Part shown: piece after piece, positions 1 to 7,891 of the stretch
Numbering within the stretch: position 1 is the stretch's first letter
Layout of the letters: the number at the start of each line of letters is the position of its first letter
Virus record (IMG/VR): IMGVR_UViG_3300022602_000082
Origin: an uncultured virus (IMG/VR IMGVR_UViG_3300022602_000082)
Taxonomy: Duplodnaviria; Heunggongvirae; Uroviricota; Caudoviricetes
Length of the DNA: 20,000 nucleotides
Direction: 5' to 3' (one strand)
Notes under the pieces: generated by a model
Seen by the model: only the letters and a program-made list of their open reading frames with translations
What the model was told of the DNA's origin: nothing
Databases searched by the model: none
Made by a program: the position numbers and the translations under genes

Positions 1-1
1 T

Positions 2-295
2 CCTGTACGGATGTGGACACTAGATGAGGCAGAGGCTTATGTCAAAGAGCGTATTGCACTGCACCAATTAGCTGAACCACCAATGTGTACAGATGAGGAA
101 AGATGGACTACTCCTGAACAATGGGCCTTGATGAAAAAGGGTGGCAAACGAGCTATCAAACTATATCCGTCACAAGAGGGTGTTACACTCGGCACAGACC
201 AGTTTTGGGAACATAGACCAGCTACTTACCGACGATGTGAAGACTATTGTTCGGTGAATAAATGGTGTCCTATATGGTCTAACGTAACCTTTTAA
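2..295 (+). CDS. C-terminal part of a Cas4-like/PD-(D/E)XK phage exonuclease (probably 5'-truncated by the window)
   Basis: Frame is open from base 2 (cct gta cgg atg). It ends in a Cys cluster RCEDYCSVNKWCP (C-x3-C-x5-C) like the C-terminal Fe-S ligands of Cas4/AddB-type nucleases. The catalytic motif is not in the window. Confidence 0.55.
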   Translation, partial: PVRMWTLDEAEAYVKERIALHQLAEPPMCTDEERWTTPEQWALMKKGGKRAIKLYPSQEGVTLGTDQFWEHRPATYRRCEDYCSVNKWCPIWSNVTF

Positions 296-309
296 AGTAC
301 ACTAACAAA

Positions 310-375
310 TGAGACCAGAGGCATTCATCCCCCACTTCCCCTTGACGGCTCCCCTCCGTCTCGCTTCTGGTCTCA
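310..375. other. Intergenic stem-loop: 13-bp outer stem, inner hairpin and C-rich loops
   Basis: TGAGACCAGAGGC (310-322) pairs with GCTTCTGGTCTCA (363-375) with one G-U. Inner hairpin is GACGG-CTCCCCT-CCGTC (344-360). Confidence 0.7.
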
Positions 376-391
376 CCTATTAGAGATTAAT

Positions 392-817
392 ATGACTACC
401 ATTGTTGGCGATTGGATTAATAAAAAATTAGTTGCAGACAGTCAGTTTTCAGACGATGATTCAGGTATTAAATATTTTGAAGATAAGATTATTGCAATAG
501 AAGGTGGTTATCTTGGAGTTGCAGGTAATTGGGTGGATGGAGAAAAGGTTTCTGAATACATTAATAAGAAACACAAGACAAAACCAAAACTAAAAGCTGA
601 TAGTTCATTCTTAAAATTAACAGAAGAGGGGCTATTCTCTTGTGGAGATGACCTAGAATGGGAACGAGTTAGAACTTTTATGGCAATTGGCAGTGGTTCA
701 ATGGCTGCAGAAGTTTGTATGAGAATGGGATTAAGTGCAGAGGAAGCTGTTAAATGGGCGTGTAATGTGGACTTAAAAAGTCACGAACCAGTCAAAACAT
801 ATAAATTAGGCGAATAA
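392..817 (+). CDS. HslV/proteasome beta-subunit-like Ntn-hydrolase peptidase
   Basis: N-terminal MTTI (Thr1 nucleophile after Met removal), plus ADSQ, DKI, GVAG and AIGSG motifs in the same order as in HslV. Confidence 0.8.
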   Translation: MTTIVGDWINKKLVADSQFSDDDSGIKYFEDKIIAIEGGYLGVAGNWVDGEKVSEYINKKHKTKPKLKADSSFLKLTEEGLFSCGDDLEWERVRTFMAIGSGSMAAEVCMRMGLSAEEAVKWACNVDLKSHEPVKTYKLGE

Positions 818-818
818 A

Positions 819-1772
819 ATGCAACCAAGATGCAACGATGAAGATTTTATAGAGTTGTGGAATAAACATCAATCGGGGACTATATTAGCAAAAGTATTAG
901 ATATTGACCTTCGTACCCTAATGCGTCGACGAAGTAGACTAGAAAAGAAATACAACATTAAATTAGAAGCAAAAGAAAAGCCAAGTCAAAGATTAACTAT
1001 TCCCGAGAACAAAGTCCGCACTAATCTGTCTATGGAAGATGGATTGATTATTGTGGGTTCTGATTGCCACTACTGGCCTGGATATGTCAGTACCGCCCAT
1101 AGAGCATTTGTCCATCTCATCAAGAAACTAAAACCTAATGGAATAGTCCTTAATGGAGACATTATGGATAACGCCACAATCAGCCAACACAATAGGATTG
1201 GGTGGGATAAGACTCCAACCGTGAAGGAAGAACTAGAAGAAGTCCAAGCCAGACTAGGAGACATTGAGAAGGTTCGTCCTGCAGGAACATTTATGCACCG
1301 CACCATTGGTAACCACGACCTTCGTTTTGATGGGAAACTATCTAATGTTCTAGGACAGTATGAAGGTGTACCTGGAATGGCATTAGCTGACCACTTGCCT
1401 CTTTGGACATATTCTTGGTCTCTAATGGTCAATAACACTTGTATGATTAAGCACCGTTGGCATAATGGTCAACATGGAGTGTTTAACAATACCCTTAAAT
1501 CGGGGGTCTCAATGGTCACGGGGCATCTACATTCCTTAAAAGTGACTCCGTGGACTGATTATAATGGTGACAGATATGGCGTTGACACAGGAACAATGTC
1601 GGCAATTGGAGGAGACAAGTACATCTATACGGAAGACTCGCCCGTCAACTGGCGTTCAGGATTCGCAGTACTTACATTCCGTGATGGAGAACTTATGCCG
1701 CCAGAACTTGTACAAGTCATTAGTGAAGATGATGGATTGGTATTCTTTCGAGGAGAGGTGATTTCGGTATGA
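819..1772 (+). CDS. Calcineurin-like metallophosphoesterase with a probable N-terminal HTH
   Basis: Motifs SDCH, NGD, GNHD, KH and GHLH in canonical order. The N-terminus (LAKVLDIDLRTLMRRR) looks like an HTH. Confidence 0.85.
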   Translation: MQPRCNDEDFIELWNKHQSGTILAKVLDIDLRTLMRRRSRLEKKYNIKLEAKEKPSQRLTIPENKVRTNLSMEDGLIIVGSDCHYWPGYVSTAHRAFVHLIKKLKPNGIVLNGDIMDNATISQHNRIGWDKTPTVKEELEEVQARLGDIEKVRPAGTFMHRTIGNHDLRFDGKLSNVLGQYEGVPGMALADHLPLWTYSWSLMVNNTCMIKHRWHNGQHGVFNNTLKSGVSMVTGHLHSLKVTPWTDYNGDRYGVDTGTMSAIGGDKYIYTEDSPVNWRSGFAVLTFRDGELMPPELVQVISEDDGLVFFRGEVISV

Positions 1773-1966
1773 AGATAGAAGTCAAAATCATTAAGGAAAA
1801 CGAAGATGGTTCAGCCAACGCTCAAGTTGATTTCGATAAAGAAGGGCTTGAAACACTCGTACAGTGGGGGCTTGTTAGTCTGCTTACCAAAGCAATTGAT
1901 GAATACAAGGTTAGAGATGACGAAATTCCTTTCCCTGTGCCAAAGCCTAAAAGGAAGAAAAAGTGA
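1769..1966 (+). CDS. Hypothetical phage protein
   Basis: ATGA and GTGA overlaps couple it to both neighbours; GGAGAGG SD-like sequence upstream; basic C-terminal tail. Confidence 0.75.
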   Translation: MKIEVKIIKENEDGSANAQVDFDKEGLETLVQWGLVSLLTKAIDEYKVRDDEIPFPVPKPKRKKK

Positions 1967-2472
1967 ACCGTAATTGGAATAAGTCATTTGACCTAGTGAT
2001 TGTGAACGAAGGAGGCTACGTTGACAACAAACTTGACCCAGGAGGAGCTACTAACTGGGGATGTACTCAAGCAGTATGGGAAGGCTATATTGGTCATAAA
2101 GTGTCTGTAGACGATATGAAAGCCTTAACTAAAGAAGATGTAAAACCTTTATACAAAAAGAGGTACTGGGATGCCATACACGGAGATGCTATTCCTTCGG
2201 GACTTGATTATTGCCTTTTTGATTGTGCTATCAATAGTGGTGTTAATAGGTCAGCGAAAATTATCCAAGAAATCGTGGGCGTTTTTGCTGATGGTGCTAT
2301 CGGTAATAATACTGTTAGTGCTATAACTCAACTTAACCCAGTTACTGCCATTAATGAGTTCTGTGATAAACGACAAGCATTCCTAGAATCATTAAAGACT
2401 TTCCCAGTATTTGGAAAGGGCTGGAGCAAACGAGTATCAGAAGTCCGTATTCGTTCTCTAGAGATGGTTTAA
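1963..2472 (+). CDS. Endolysin, glycoside hydrolase family 108, with C-terminal peptidoglycan-binding domain
   Basis: EGGYVD...DPGGATNWG GH108 signature; DGAIG and FGKGWSKRV C-terminal motifs. Confidence 0.92.
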   Translation: MNRNWNKSFDLVIVNEGGYVDNKLDPGGATNWGCTQAVWEGYIGHKVSVDDMKALTKEDVKPLYKKRYWDAIHGDAIPSGLDYCLFDCAINSGVNRSAKIIQEIVGVFADGAIGNNTVSAITQLNPVTAINEFCDKRQAFLESLKTFPVFGKGWSKRVSEVRIRSLEMV

Positions 2473-2882
2473 AGGGCTACTTGGGCCTTCACCCATGCTT
2501 GAAGCTCAGTGAGCATTAGCGTGGTTTGACTGCATTGTCCAATAAGTATTGAGTAGGCGGTACTTGCATCAGTTCCTGAGGGGGCTGTGGAAATTCCCTC
2601 TGTTTTACTGCCACTGGGGTTGATGTGCAACCCACTACCATAAAAGTTCCTAAGATTAGCCAACTTAGCTTCATATTCATTCTTTACTCCAGAGGTGATG
2701 AGTGCTGCTTGTTTATCTTTTGAAGAATTCTCTGCTTCCTGCGCTTTTCCTGCTGCTTCAACACGCTCCTGATATGCAACAAATCGTGAATGTTCATAGC
2801 CATAGCCAAGATACACGCACCCACAAAGTACCATAACAACCAATCCAGCTTTGATGTAAGTTGTAACATTTAGTGGAAACAT
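2469..2882 (-). CDS. Rz: Inner-membrane spanin (Rz-like)
   Basis: Single N-terminal TM segment, then an Ala/Glu/Gln-rich helical periplasmic region. It follows the holin candidate and contains an embedded lipoprotein ORF. Confidence 0.85.
   Translation of the reverse strand: MFPLNVTTYIKAGLVVMVLCGCVYLGYGYEHSRFVAYQERVEAAGKAQEAENSSKDKQAALITSGVKNEYEAKLANLRNFYGSGLHINPSGSKTEGISTAPSGTDASTAYSILIGQCSQTTLMLTELQAWVKAQVAL
2516..2680 (-). CDS. Rz1: Outer-membrane spanin lipoprotein (Rz1-like), fully embedded in Rz; not in the ORF track
   Basis: Hand translation of an alternative frame gives MNMKLSWLILGTFMVVGCTSTPVAVKQREFPQPPQELMQVPPTQYLLDNAVKPR* (54 aa). It has a signal peptide, lipobox VVGC and a Pro-rich mature part; GGAG lies 6 nt before the ATG. 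Confidence 0.88.
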   Translation of the reverse strand: MNMKLSWLILGTFMVVGCTSTPVAVKQREFPQPPQELMQVPPTQYLLDNAVKPR

Positions 2883-3076
2883 TATCTTTCGTCTAACGGC
2901 TTGGTGGTTAAGAATCTTAGGATAGCAACCAATATACCAATAATAATATAGCTAAAGCCATAGTAACGGTCACTGATTACTCCTTGGATACTAGAAAAGT
3001 TATCAAATAATGCCCCGAACACTACCAATGCGAAAGAAAACCACATTGTTTTGGAACGGTGCATTGGTTTTTTCAT
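2882..3076 (-). CDS. Putative holin (2 TM segments)
   Basis: 64 aa, two hydrophobic segments, basic N-terminus and charged C-terminus, directly upstream of Rz. Confidence 0.7.
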   Translation of the reverse strand: MKKPMHRSKTMWFSFALVVFGALFDNFSSIQGVISDRYYGFSYIIIGILVAILRFLTTKPLDER

Positions 3077-3267
3077 TTAAAAGGGATATGTCCTGTACCT
3101 GCAGCCCATAGTAAAAGTGCTACAGCACCCATACCAATTAGCTTAATCACCCTTTTGACGACAGATTCGCCTACAGAGGTATAAAAGTTCTTAATCACCT
3201 TTTCAGTTACTCTTTCTACAAGTTCTTCAAGTTGGTCGTCTGTTAGGGGTAATTGAGTATTTGACAT
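3073..3267 (-). CDS. Small membrane protein (holin/antiholin candidate)
   Basis: Amphipathic N-terminal part plus one C-terminal TM segment; ATGA-coupled to the holin candidate. Confidence 0.6.
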   Translation of the reverse strand: MSNTQLPLTDDQLEELVERVTEKVIKNFYTSVGESVVKRVIKLIGMGAVALLLWAAGTGHIPFK

Positions 3268-3269
3268 GA

Positions 3270-3668
3270 TTAGGTAGCTTGGGTTTGTGCAGTTAGTATG
3301 CCGTTGGTAAATGTCATGGAACCATTAGTTCCAGTAAGTGTTAATTTTGCTGTAGTAATTGTGACAGACAATCCAGTTGGCGTACCTGTAATTGCTGAAT
3401 AAGGAATAGTAGTAGAAGCTGTAACTGGCCCTGTGTTGTGACCGTATAAATATCCAGTTAATCCTGGAGTTTGAATATTTGATAAATTTGTATTGGCAAT
3501 GTTACCGCCTGTAATGGATACATTATTAGAGTTCTCATAAGCCATTGTTCCTATTTGGTCTAAATTACCATTGGTTTGAGAAAAAATGGTATAAAACCAA
3601 TCCCTAAACTGTCTAGTATCTAATGCTTGATTGGTTGGAGGAGGGGGAGGAAGCATCTTGATTGGCAT
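3270..3668 (-). CDS. Short fibre/tail-needle-like virion protein
   Basis: Pro-rich N-terminus then RQFRDWF helix. GTMAYENSNNVSITGG and LTGYLYG are fibre-type motifs; the latter resembles LTGFVYG in 13285..14577. Thr/Gly-rich C-terminus. Confidence 0.55.
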   Translation of the reverse strand: MPIKMLPPPPPTNQALDTRQFRDWFYTIFSQTNGNLDQIGTMAYENSNNVSITGGNIANTNLSNIQTPGLTGYLYGHNTGPVTASTTIPYSAITGTPTGLSVTITTAKLTLTGTNGSMTFTNGILTAQTQAT

Positions 3669-4996
3669 TACTCATCCTCTTCCATTTCGTCATAGCACCA
3701 ATTCTCAGCATAACCATATTCTTGCAATGCGGGGATTTGATGCTCCATACCCTCACCAATGTCATCCCTTACGTTAATACAGTCAGGAATATCAATTTTC
3801 TTGACGTTTTTATAGGCACGTTCACAGGCTTGTTTAACGGTCTTTCCTACCCCGTTTGCCACTAAGACATAATCACCTGCCGTCACTAGGCAAGGACGCT
3901 CTGTAACCCCGTTCTCGTCGTTCTGAGGGGCATTACCAACCATTACCTCACATAAGGCGTAGTCGGTAGTTAATTCATCGGGTAAACCATAGATAGGAAA
4001 TCCTGTATGGTCACGCCCCGTAGTCTTAGACCTAGGGTAATCCCCAATAGGGATAACGATACCAGTAGCAGTGTCGTAACTAACTTTGAGAGTATCTTTG
4101 CCATTTAATAAGTCAACCATCCAATCTACGACAGAACCCTTGTGAAGGGCTTGTTGAATGTTAAATAAAGGCCAACCTTTACGCATAGTCCATTCTAGGG
4201 GGCGAGGTTCACCTTTTTCATCCACAATAAAGGCTAAATCTACATAGCCAGTATGTCCAATAAAGCATAGGTAATCTTCAAAGCGTTTGAGGGTTTCATC
4301 AAACAAGTTAGATTTAGTAACATATTTGATAACAGTTCCCTGTTCACCTGTGTTACATCCATAGTTACCTGACATGAGCTTCTTGTGCTCAAATCCTTCA
4401 AGGATGTTCTTGCCAAATCCATTAGGGCCTATCCAAGCACCTACTCCGAACTCTATTCCTGGAACGAACTCTTGGAGGATGAAGTCTCTTCTTTTTCCTG
4501 TTTCTTTCCATCGTTGAAGCATGAAGACCATATCTGCTGCAGATTTAGATACATAAGATAGAGCCTTGTCTGCATCACCACTGGGTTTAGAGACGTATCG
4601 TTTGGGATTAGATTTAACAAAGTCGATAGCACTGTTATAGTCCTTAAATTCAAATGAAGGGATAACTGCAAGCCCTGCCTTCTTCATAATGTCTTGACCA
4701 TAATCACGGTCTAGTTCCATCTTGGCACCAAGCATATTAGTACCGATAATTGGGTAACCCTCTTCATGGAACTTTTCTAGTTCCCGCATTTGAAAAGCGT
4801 TATCCGATAATACGATTAAGTCTGCTTGTTTGGCATGAATCTGCCAGTTCTGAACTTGGTCAATAAGTCCTTTACCAATCTTAGAACGCTCCTGACCGTG
4901 TGGACGCACCCATTGTTTAACTTCGTGTCCTTCTGCAAGACAACGGATACCAAAGTCTACAAGGGCACCAGCAGGGTCGAGCAACAAGATTCTCAT
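3668..4996 (-). CDS. Diverged PurD (GAR synthetase)-like ATP-grasp amide ligase
   Basis: ELDRDYGQDIM, YVSKPSG, LQEFVPGIE, EHKKLMSGNYGCNTGEQG (PurD: DHKR..DGD.GPNTGGMG) and LEWTMRKGWP (PurD: IEFNxRFGDPE). Confidence 0.8.
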   Translation of the reverse strand: MRILLLDPAGALVDFGIRCLAEGHEVKQWVRPHGQERSKIGKGLIDQVQNWQIHAKQADLIVLSDNAFQMRELEKFHEEGYPIIGTNMLGAKMELDRDYGQDIMKKAGLAVIPSFEFKDYNSAIDFVKSNPKRYVSKPSGDADKALSYVSKSAADMVFMLQRWKETGKRRDFILQEFVPGIEFGVGAWIGPNGFGKNILEGFEHKKLMSGNYGCNTGEQGTVIKYVTKSNLFDETLKRFEDYLCFIGHTGYVDLAFIVDEKGEPRPLEWTMRKGWPLFNIQQALHKGSVVDWMVDLLNGKDTLKVSYDTATGIVIPIGDYPRSKTTGRDHTGFPIYGLPDELTTDYALCEVMVGNAPQNDENGVTERPCLVTAGDYVLVANGVGKTVKQACERAYKNVKKIDIPDCINVRDDIGEGMEHQIPALQEYGYAENWCYDEMEEDE

Positions 4997-4997
4997 G

Positions 4998-5156
4998 TTA
5001 TTTCATTTTCTTTTTAGTTTTGCCAGATTGCGGTTTTCCTGCTCTAGCTTTAGAAAGGGCAATGGCGACTGCTTGCTTTTGTGGACGACCAGCCTTCACC
5101 TCTTTGGAGATGTTAGATGAAATAGTCTTTTGTGATGAACCTGATTTAAGTGGCAT
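4998..5156 (-). CDS. Small basic phage protein (52 aa); not in the ORF track
   Basis: Hand translation gives [57 protein letters not shown] overlap with the upstream gene; it fills the gap exactly. [10 protein letters not shown] is a motif I recognise from small phage late-operon proteins. Confidence 0.85.
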   Translation of the reverse strand: MPLKSGSSQKTISSNISKEVKAGRPQKQAVAIALSKARAGKPQSGKTKKKMK

Positions 5157-6535
5157 TATTGATTCTCCTGTGGGATATTAGCCATATAACCAGCTTTTAT
5201 TAATAAACTTGCTGCACGAGACACATCTTTACCAGTCTTAGCGTTGTTAATTACATCACTAATTTTTTGGAACTGTACTGGGTCTTTAATTATAGTTTGC
5301 TTTACGTTTGGAGCGATATTAGCCCAAAGAGTTTTAGCTTGTTCAACAGGGCGACCTTTAAGGTAATATGCCAACTCTTGTTTAAATACCTTTTGACCAG
5401 CTTCATCTTTGGCAAAGTTAGCCATTTGTTTATTGATAATGTTGTAATTGTTGCTCTTAAACAACTCAGGTAATGTATCTTTAGCAGTAGCTACAAACTC
5501 TTTCTCAGCAGCATTACGTGCAACCTTTTCAGCACCACCTGGAATAAACTTGTTTACAGCTTCTCTGACAATATCTTGCTCTTTTTTGCTTAATGCTTTG
5601 AACTCGTCAGATTTAAGATTATTGATAACAGCATTACCATCTAAGGCATTGCCTTCTTTATCCAAGAATAACTGTCTAATCTTACCTGCAGATGATGCAC
5701 GAGATTCTTTAGGAAGCTCATTAAGTGCTGCTTGTAAGTCAGTCTTTAGACCTGCACCAGTCTTTTCAGACAATGCTTTGTCATATCCAGCTTTAGCATC
5801 TTCATATAATTTGTTGACGTTAGCACCTTCTCCATGAGCAGCTTGTAATTCAGCTTTAAACGCATCACGAGCTTCTGTAGTGGCTCCTGCAGTAACAGCT
5901 TTCTCGCCCAATGCTTTTTCAGCAGCAGCCCCTGAAATCTTAGCTTCAGGAAGAAATGAAGCAACTTTACGCAAAGTTCCATATTTAGGAATCATAGACT
6001 TAGCTAGGTCACTAACCAAATTGCTTGATTGCTGAACTAACTTGTTCTCTGCAATCATTTTAATGCCAGCTTGTGCAGGAACTACACCCATTCCAATCAT
6101 GTCGGCTAATTGTTGCGTCTTTTCACCATAGCCTAATTGTTGAGCTAATGCACTTAATCCACCGCCTACAGCGCCGCCTAAACCACCCATTGCAGCACCA
6201 CCTACGGCAGCAGCAGGGCCTCCAAACATACCAACACCACCACCAATGGCTGCACCAGTCATGGCACCAGACTTAATCTTTTCCATTGCTTGTTCGCCAG
6301 TTACTTGACCAGCTTTAGATGGGTCACGAGTAGTGAGTTCTTTAGTAAACTCTTGCATCTTTTGTTGCTGTTCTTTTTGGAAATCCATCATTCCAGCAAA
6401 TTTATCTTCTTTAGATGGTTCTGCAGGAACTTTTGTTTCAGTACCGCCAAGATGAGCAATAATCTTTTCTTTTGCTTTTACTGGGTCATTTTCAGAAATA
6501 TCATAATGTTGACCTTGGTATTCGTATACTGGCAT
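5156..6535 (-). CDS. Putative internal virion/DNA ejection protein
   Basis: Helical Ala/Lys-rich protein with a Gly-zipper hydrophobic segment ([28 protein letters not shown]); third gene of the P22 gp7/gp20/gp16-like position block. Confidence 0.6.
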   Translation of the reverse strand: MPVYEYQGQHYDISENDPVKAKEKIIAHLGGTETKVPAEPSKEDKFAGMMDFQKEQQQKMQEFTKELTTRDPSKAGQVTGEQAMEKIKSGAMTGAAIGGGVGMFGGPAAAVGGAAMGGLGGAVGGGLSALAQQLGYGEKTQQLADMIGMGVVPAQAGIKMIAENKLVQQSSNLVSDLAKSMIPKYGTLRKVASFLPEAKISGAAAEKALGEKAVTAGATTEARDAFKAELQAAHGEGANVNKLYEDAKAGYDKALSEKTGAGLKTDLQAALNELPKESRASSAGKIRQLFLDKEGNALDGNAVINNLKSDEFKALSKKEQDIVREAVNKFIPGGAEKVARNAAEKEFVATAKDTLPELFKSNNYNIINKQMANFAKDEAGQKVFKQELAYYLKGRPVEQAKTLWANIAPNVKQTIIKDPVQFQKISDVINNAKTGKDVSRAASLLIKAGYMANIPQENQ

Positions 6536-6543
6536 ATTAGTCT

Positions 6544-7890
6544 TTAATCTAGTTTGATTGGGTCTTCTTTAGTGCCAGTTCCTTGAGCTTTCTTTTCTTC
6601 TCCGCCATATTTTTTAGTAGCAAATTCAGTAAAGCTCATGTTTGGATTCTTTTTAGCTGCATTAGATGCTTTATCAAGCTCTTCTTGAGTAAATGGAATT
6701 GCTTTACGCACAAGCTCCAATTTTTGCTGAATAAGGTTTTTGCGTTCATCAGATAATGTTTTATCGCTTAATTGTGCTTCTGAAGATGATTCAACAATAC
6801 GACGCATTTCTGCTAATTTATCCATTGCAACTTCTAATTTAGCACCAGCAGGAATTGATATGCCAGATTCAATACTATTAGCCAAACCAACCAAACCCGT
6901 TGCTGCACCACCAGATTCAAGTGATGCCAAACTACGAGCAACACCAACCATACGTGTTTGCATTTTTTGTGAAGTTGTGTCTGACATCTCTTGATTTAGT
7001 GCAGATAGAGGTGCGGTCAGCAAACTATTAAATTGTTTTTGCTGGAACATTGGGCCTGTTGTAGTAATTGGCAATCTAGCTACGTTTGTTAAAGCATCAG
7101 ATGCTTGTGTAAACGCTTGAACAACACGAGATGCTGCACCAGACTCTTTACCTGCACCAGCCCTAGCAATTGCCATTAAATGTTGGTTCTGTAGTTCAGC
7201 ACGTTTTTCAGCACGGTCTGCAGCAGCTTCTGCACGGTCTTGAGCTTCAATCTTTTGTCTCATTACAGGGGACATTTTAGATAACAACTTATCTCTCATA
7301 TCAGGAGACCAAGTTGTAGGAAAGTCTTTAGGCGGCTCAATACCAGTACGCTCTAAAGCATCCTTTAAGCGACGGTCATAATCTACTTGGCTCTTAGCAC
7401 CATATAAAGTGGAAGCAAAGTCATCTTTAGCGTCAGTCTTTAATTTTTGAGCTTCTTGTTGCGTTCTTTGTGCATTGTTTAAATATCTACGTGCTTCCAT
7501 ATCCGCAACTTGTGCTTCTTTATCTTTACCCATTGCTTTAAGATATTGGGCTTCTTTGGCTTTTGCTTGAGCGTTTTGTTGGTCTGTTTGAGCAGTAATT
7601 AATGTCTGATTAACCAAACCAGCACTTGTTAACTCTCCATCAGGAGTGGTCAGCTTAAATTGTGGGCCTAACATATTGCCAGCCATAGCACCTAGTCCAG
7701 CTTGTGGTTTACCACCTGCACCCATACCACCAGCCATACCAGCTAATGGTTGTTGTGGTGCCATGTCTTGCTTGGATTGCTGTAAGGCTTGTGACTGTAA
7801 TCCATATTGTTGCGATGCAATATCTTCCTGCCTAAATGCTTGAGCAGGGCTTGTTTGCAATACATTAGCTAATTCTGAAAGACTTGCCAT
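6544..7890 (-). CDS. Putative internal virion/DNA ejection protein
   Basis: Gln/Ala-rich coiled-coil protein located after the gp7-like gene. Confidence 0.6.
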   Translation of the reverse strand: MASLSELANVLQTSPAQAFRQEDIASQQYGLQSQALQQSKQDMAPQQPLAGMAGGMGAGGKPQAGLGAMAGNMLGPQFKLTTPDGELTSAGLVNQTLITAQTDQQNAQAKAKEAQYLKAMGKDKEAQVADMEARRYLNNAQRTQQEAQKLKTDAKDDFASTLYGAKSQVDYDRRLKDALERTGIEPPKDFPTTWSPDMRDKLLSKMSPVMRQKIEAQDRAEAAADRAEKRAELQNQHLMAIARAGAGKESGAASRVVQAFTQASDALTNVARLPITTTGPMFQQKQFNSLLTAPLSALNQEMSDTTSQKMQTRMVGVARSLASLESGGAATGLVGLANSIESGISIPAGAKLEVAMDKLAEMRRIVESSSEAQLSDKTLSDERKNLIQQKLELVRKAIPFTQEELDKASNAAKKNPNMSFTEFATKKYGGEEKKAQGTGTKEDPIKLD

Positions 7891-7891
7891 A

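Noticed and set aside
2..391. CRISPR-Cas locus suggested by the Cas4-like Cys cluster and nearby palindrome
   Set aside because: There is no repeat-spacer array and no other cas gene; solo Cas4-like nucleases are common in phages.
1070..1761. ORFs 1070..1438 (-) and 1564..1761 (+)
   Set aside because: They lie within the well-supported metallophosphoesterase and have no recognisable motifs.
2684..2869. 61-aa alternative-frame ORF in Rz as a candidate Rz1
   Set aside because: It has no proper lipobox or Pro-rich mature region; the ORF at 2516..2680 fits Rz1 much better.
3668..4996. Calling the gene purD, or a purZ-type DNA base-substitution gene
   Set aside because: Key PurD substrate motifs are altered. 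PurZ is a PurA homolog with a different fold, so neither label is supported.
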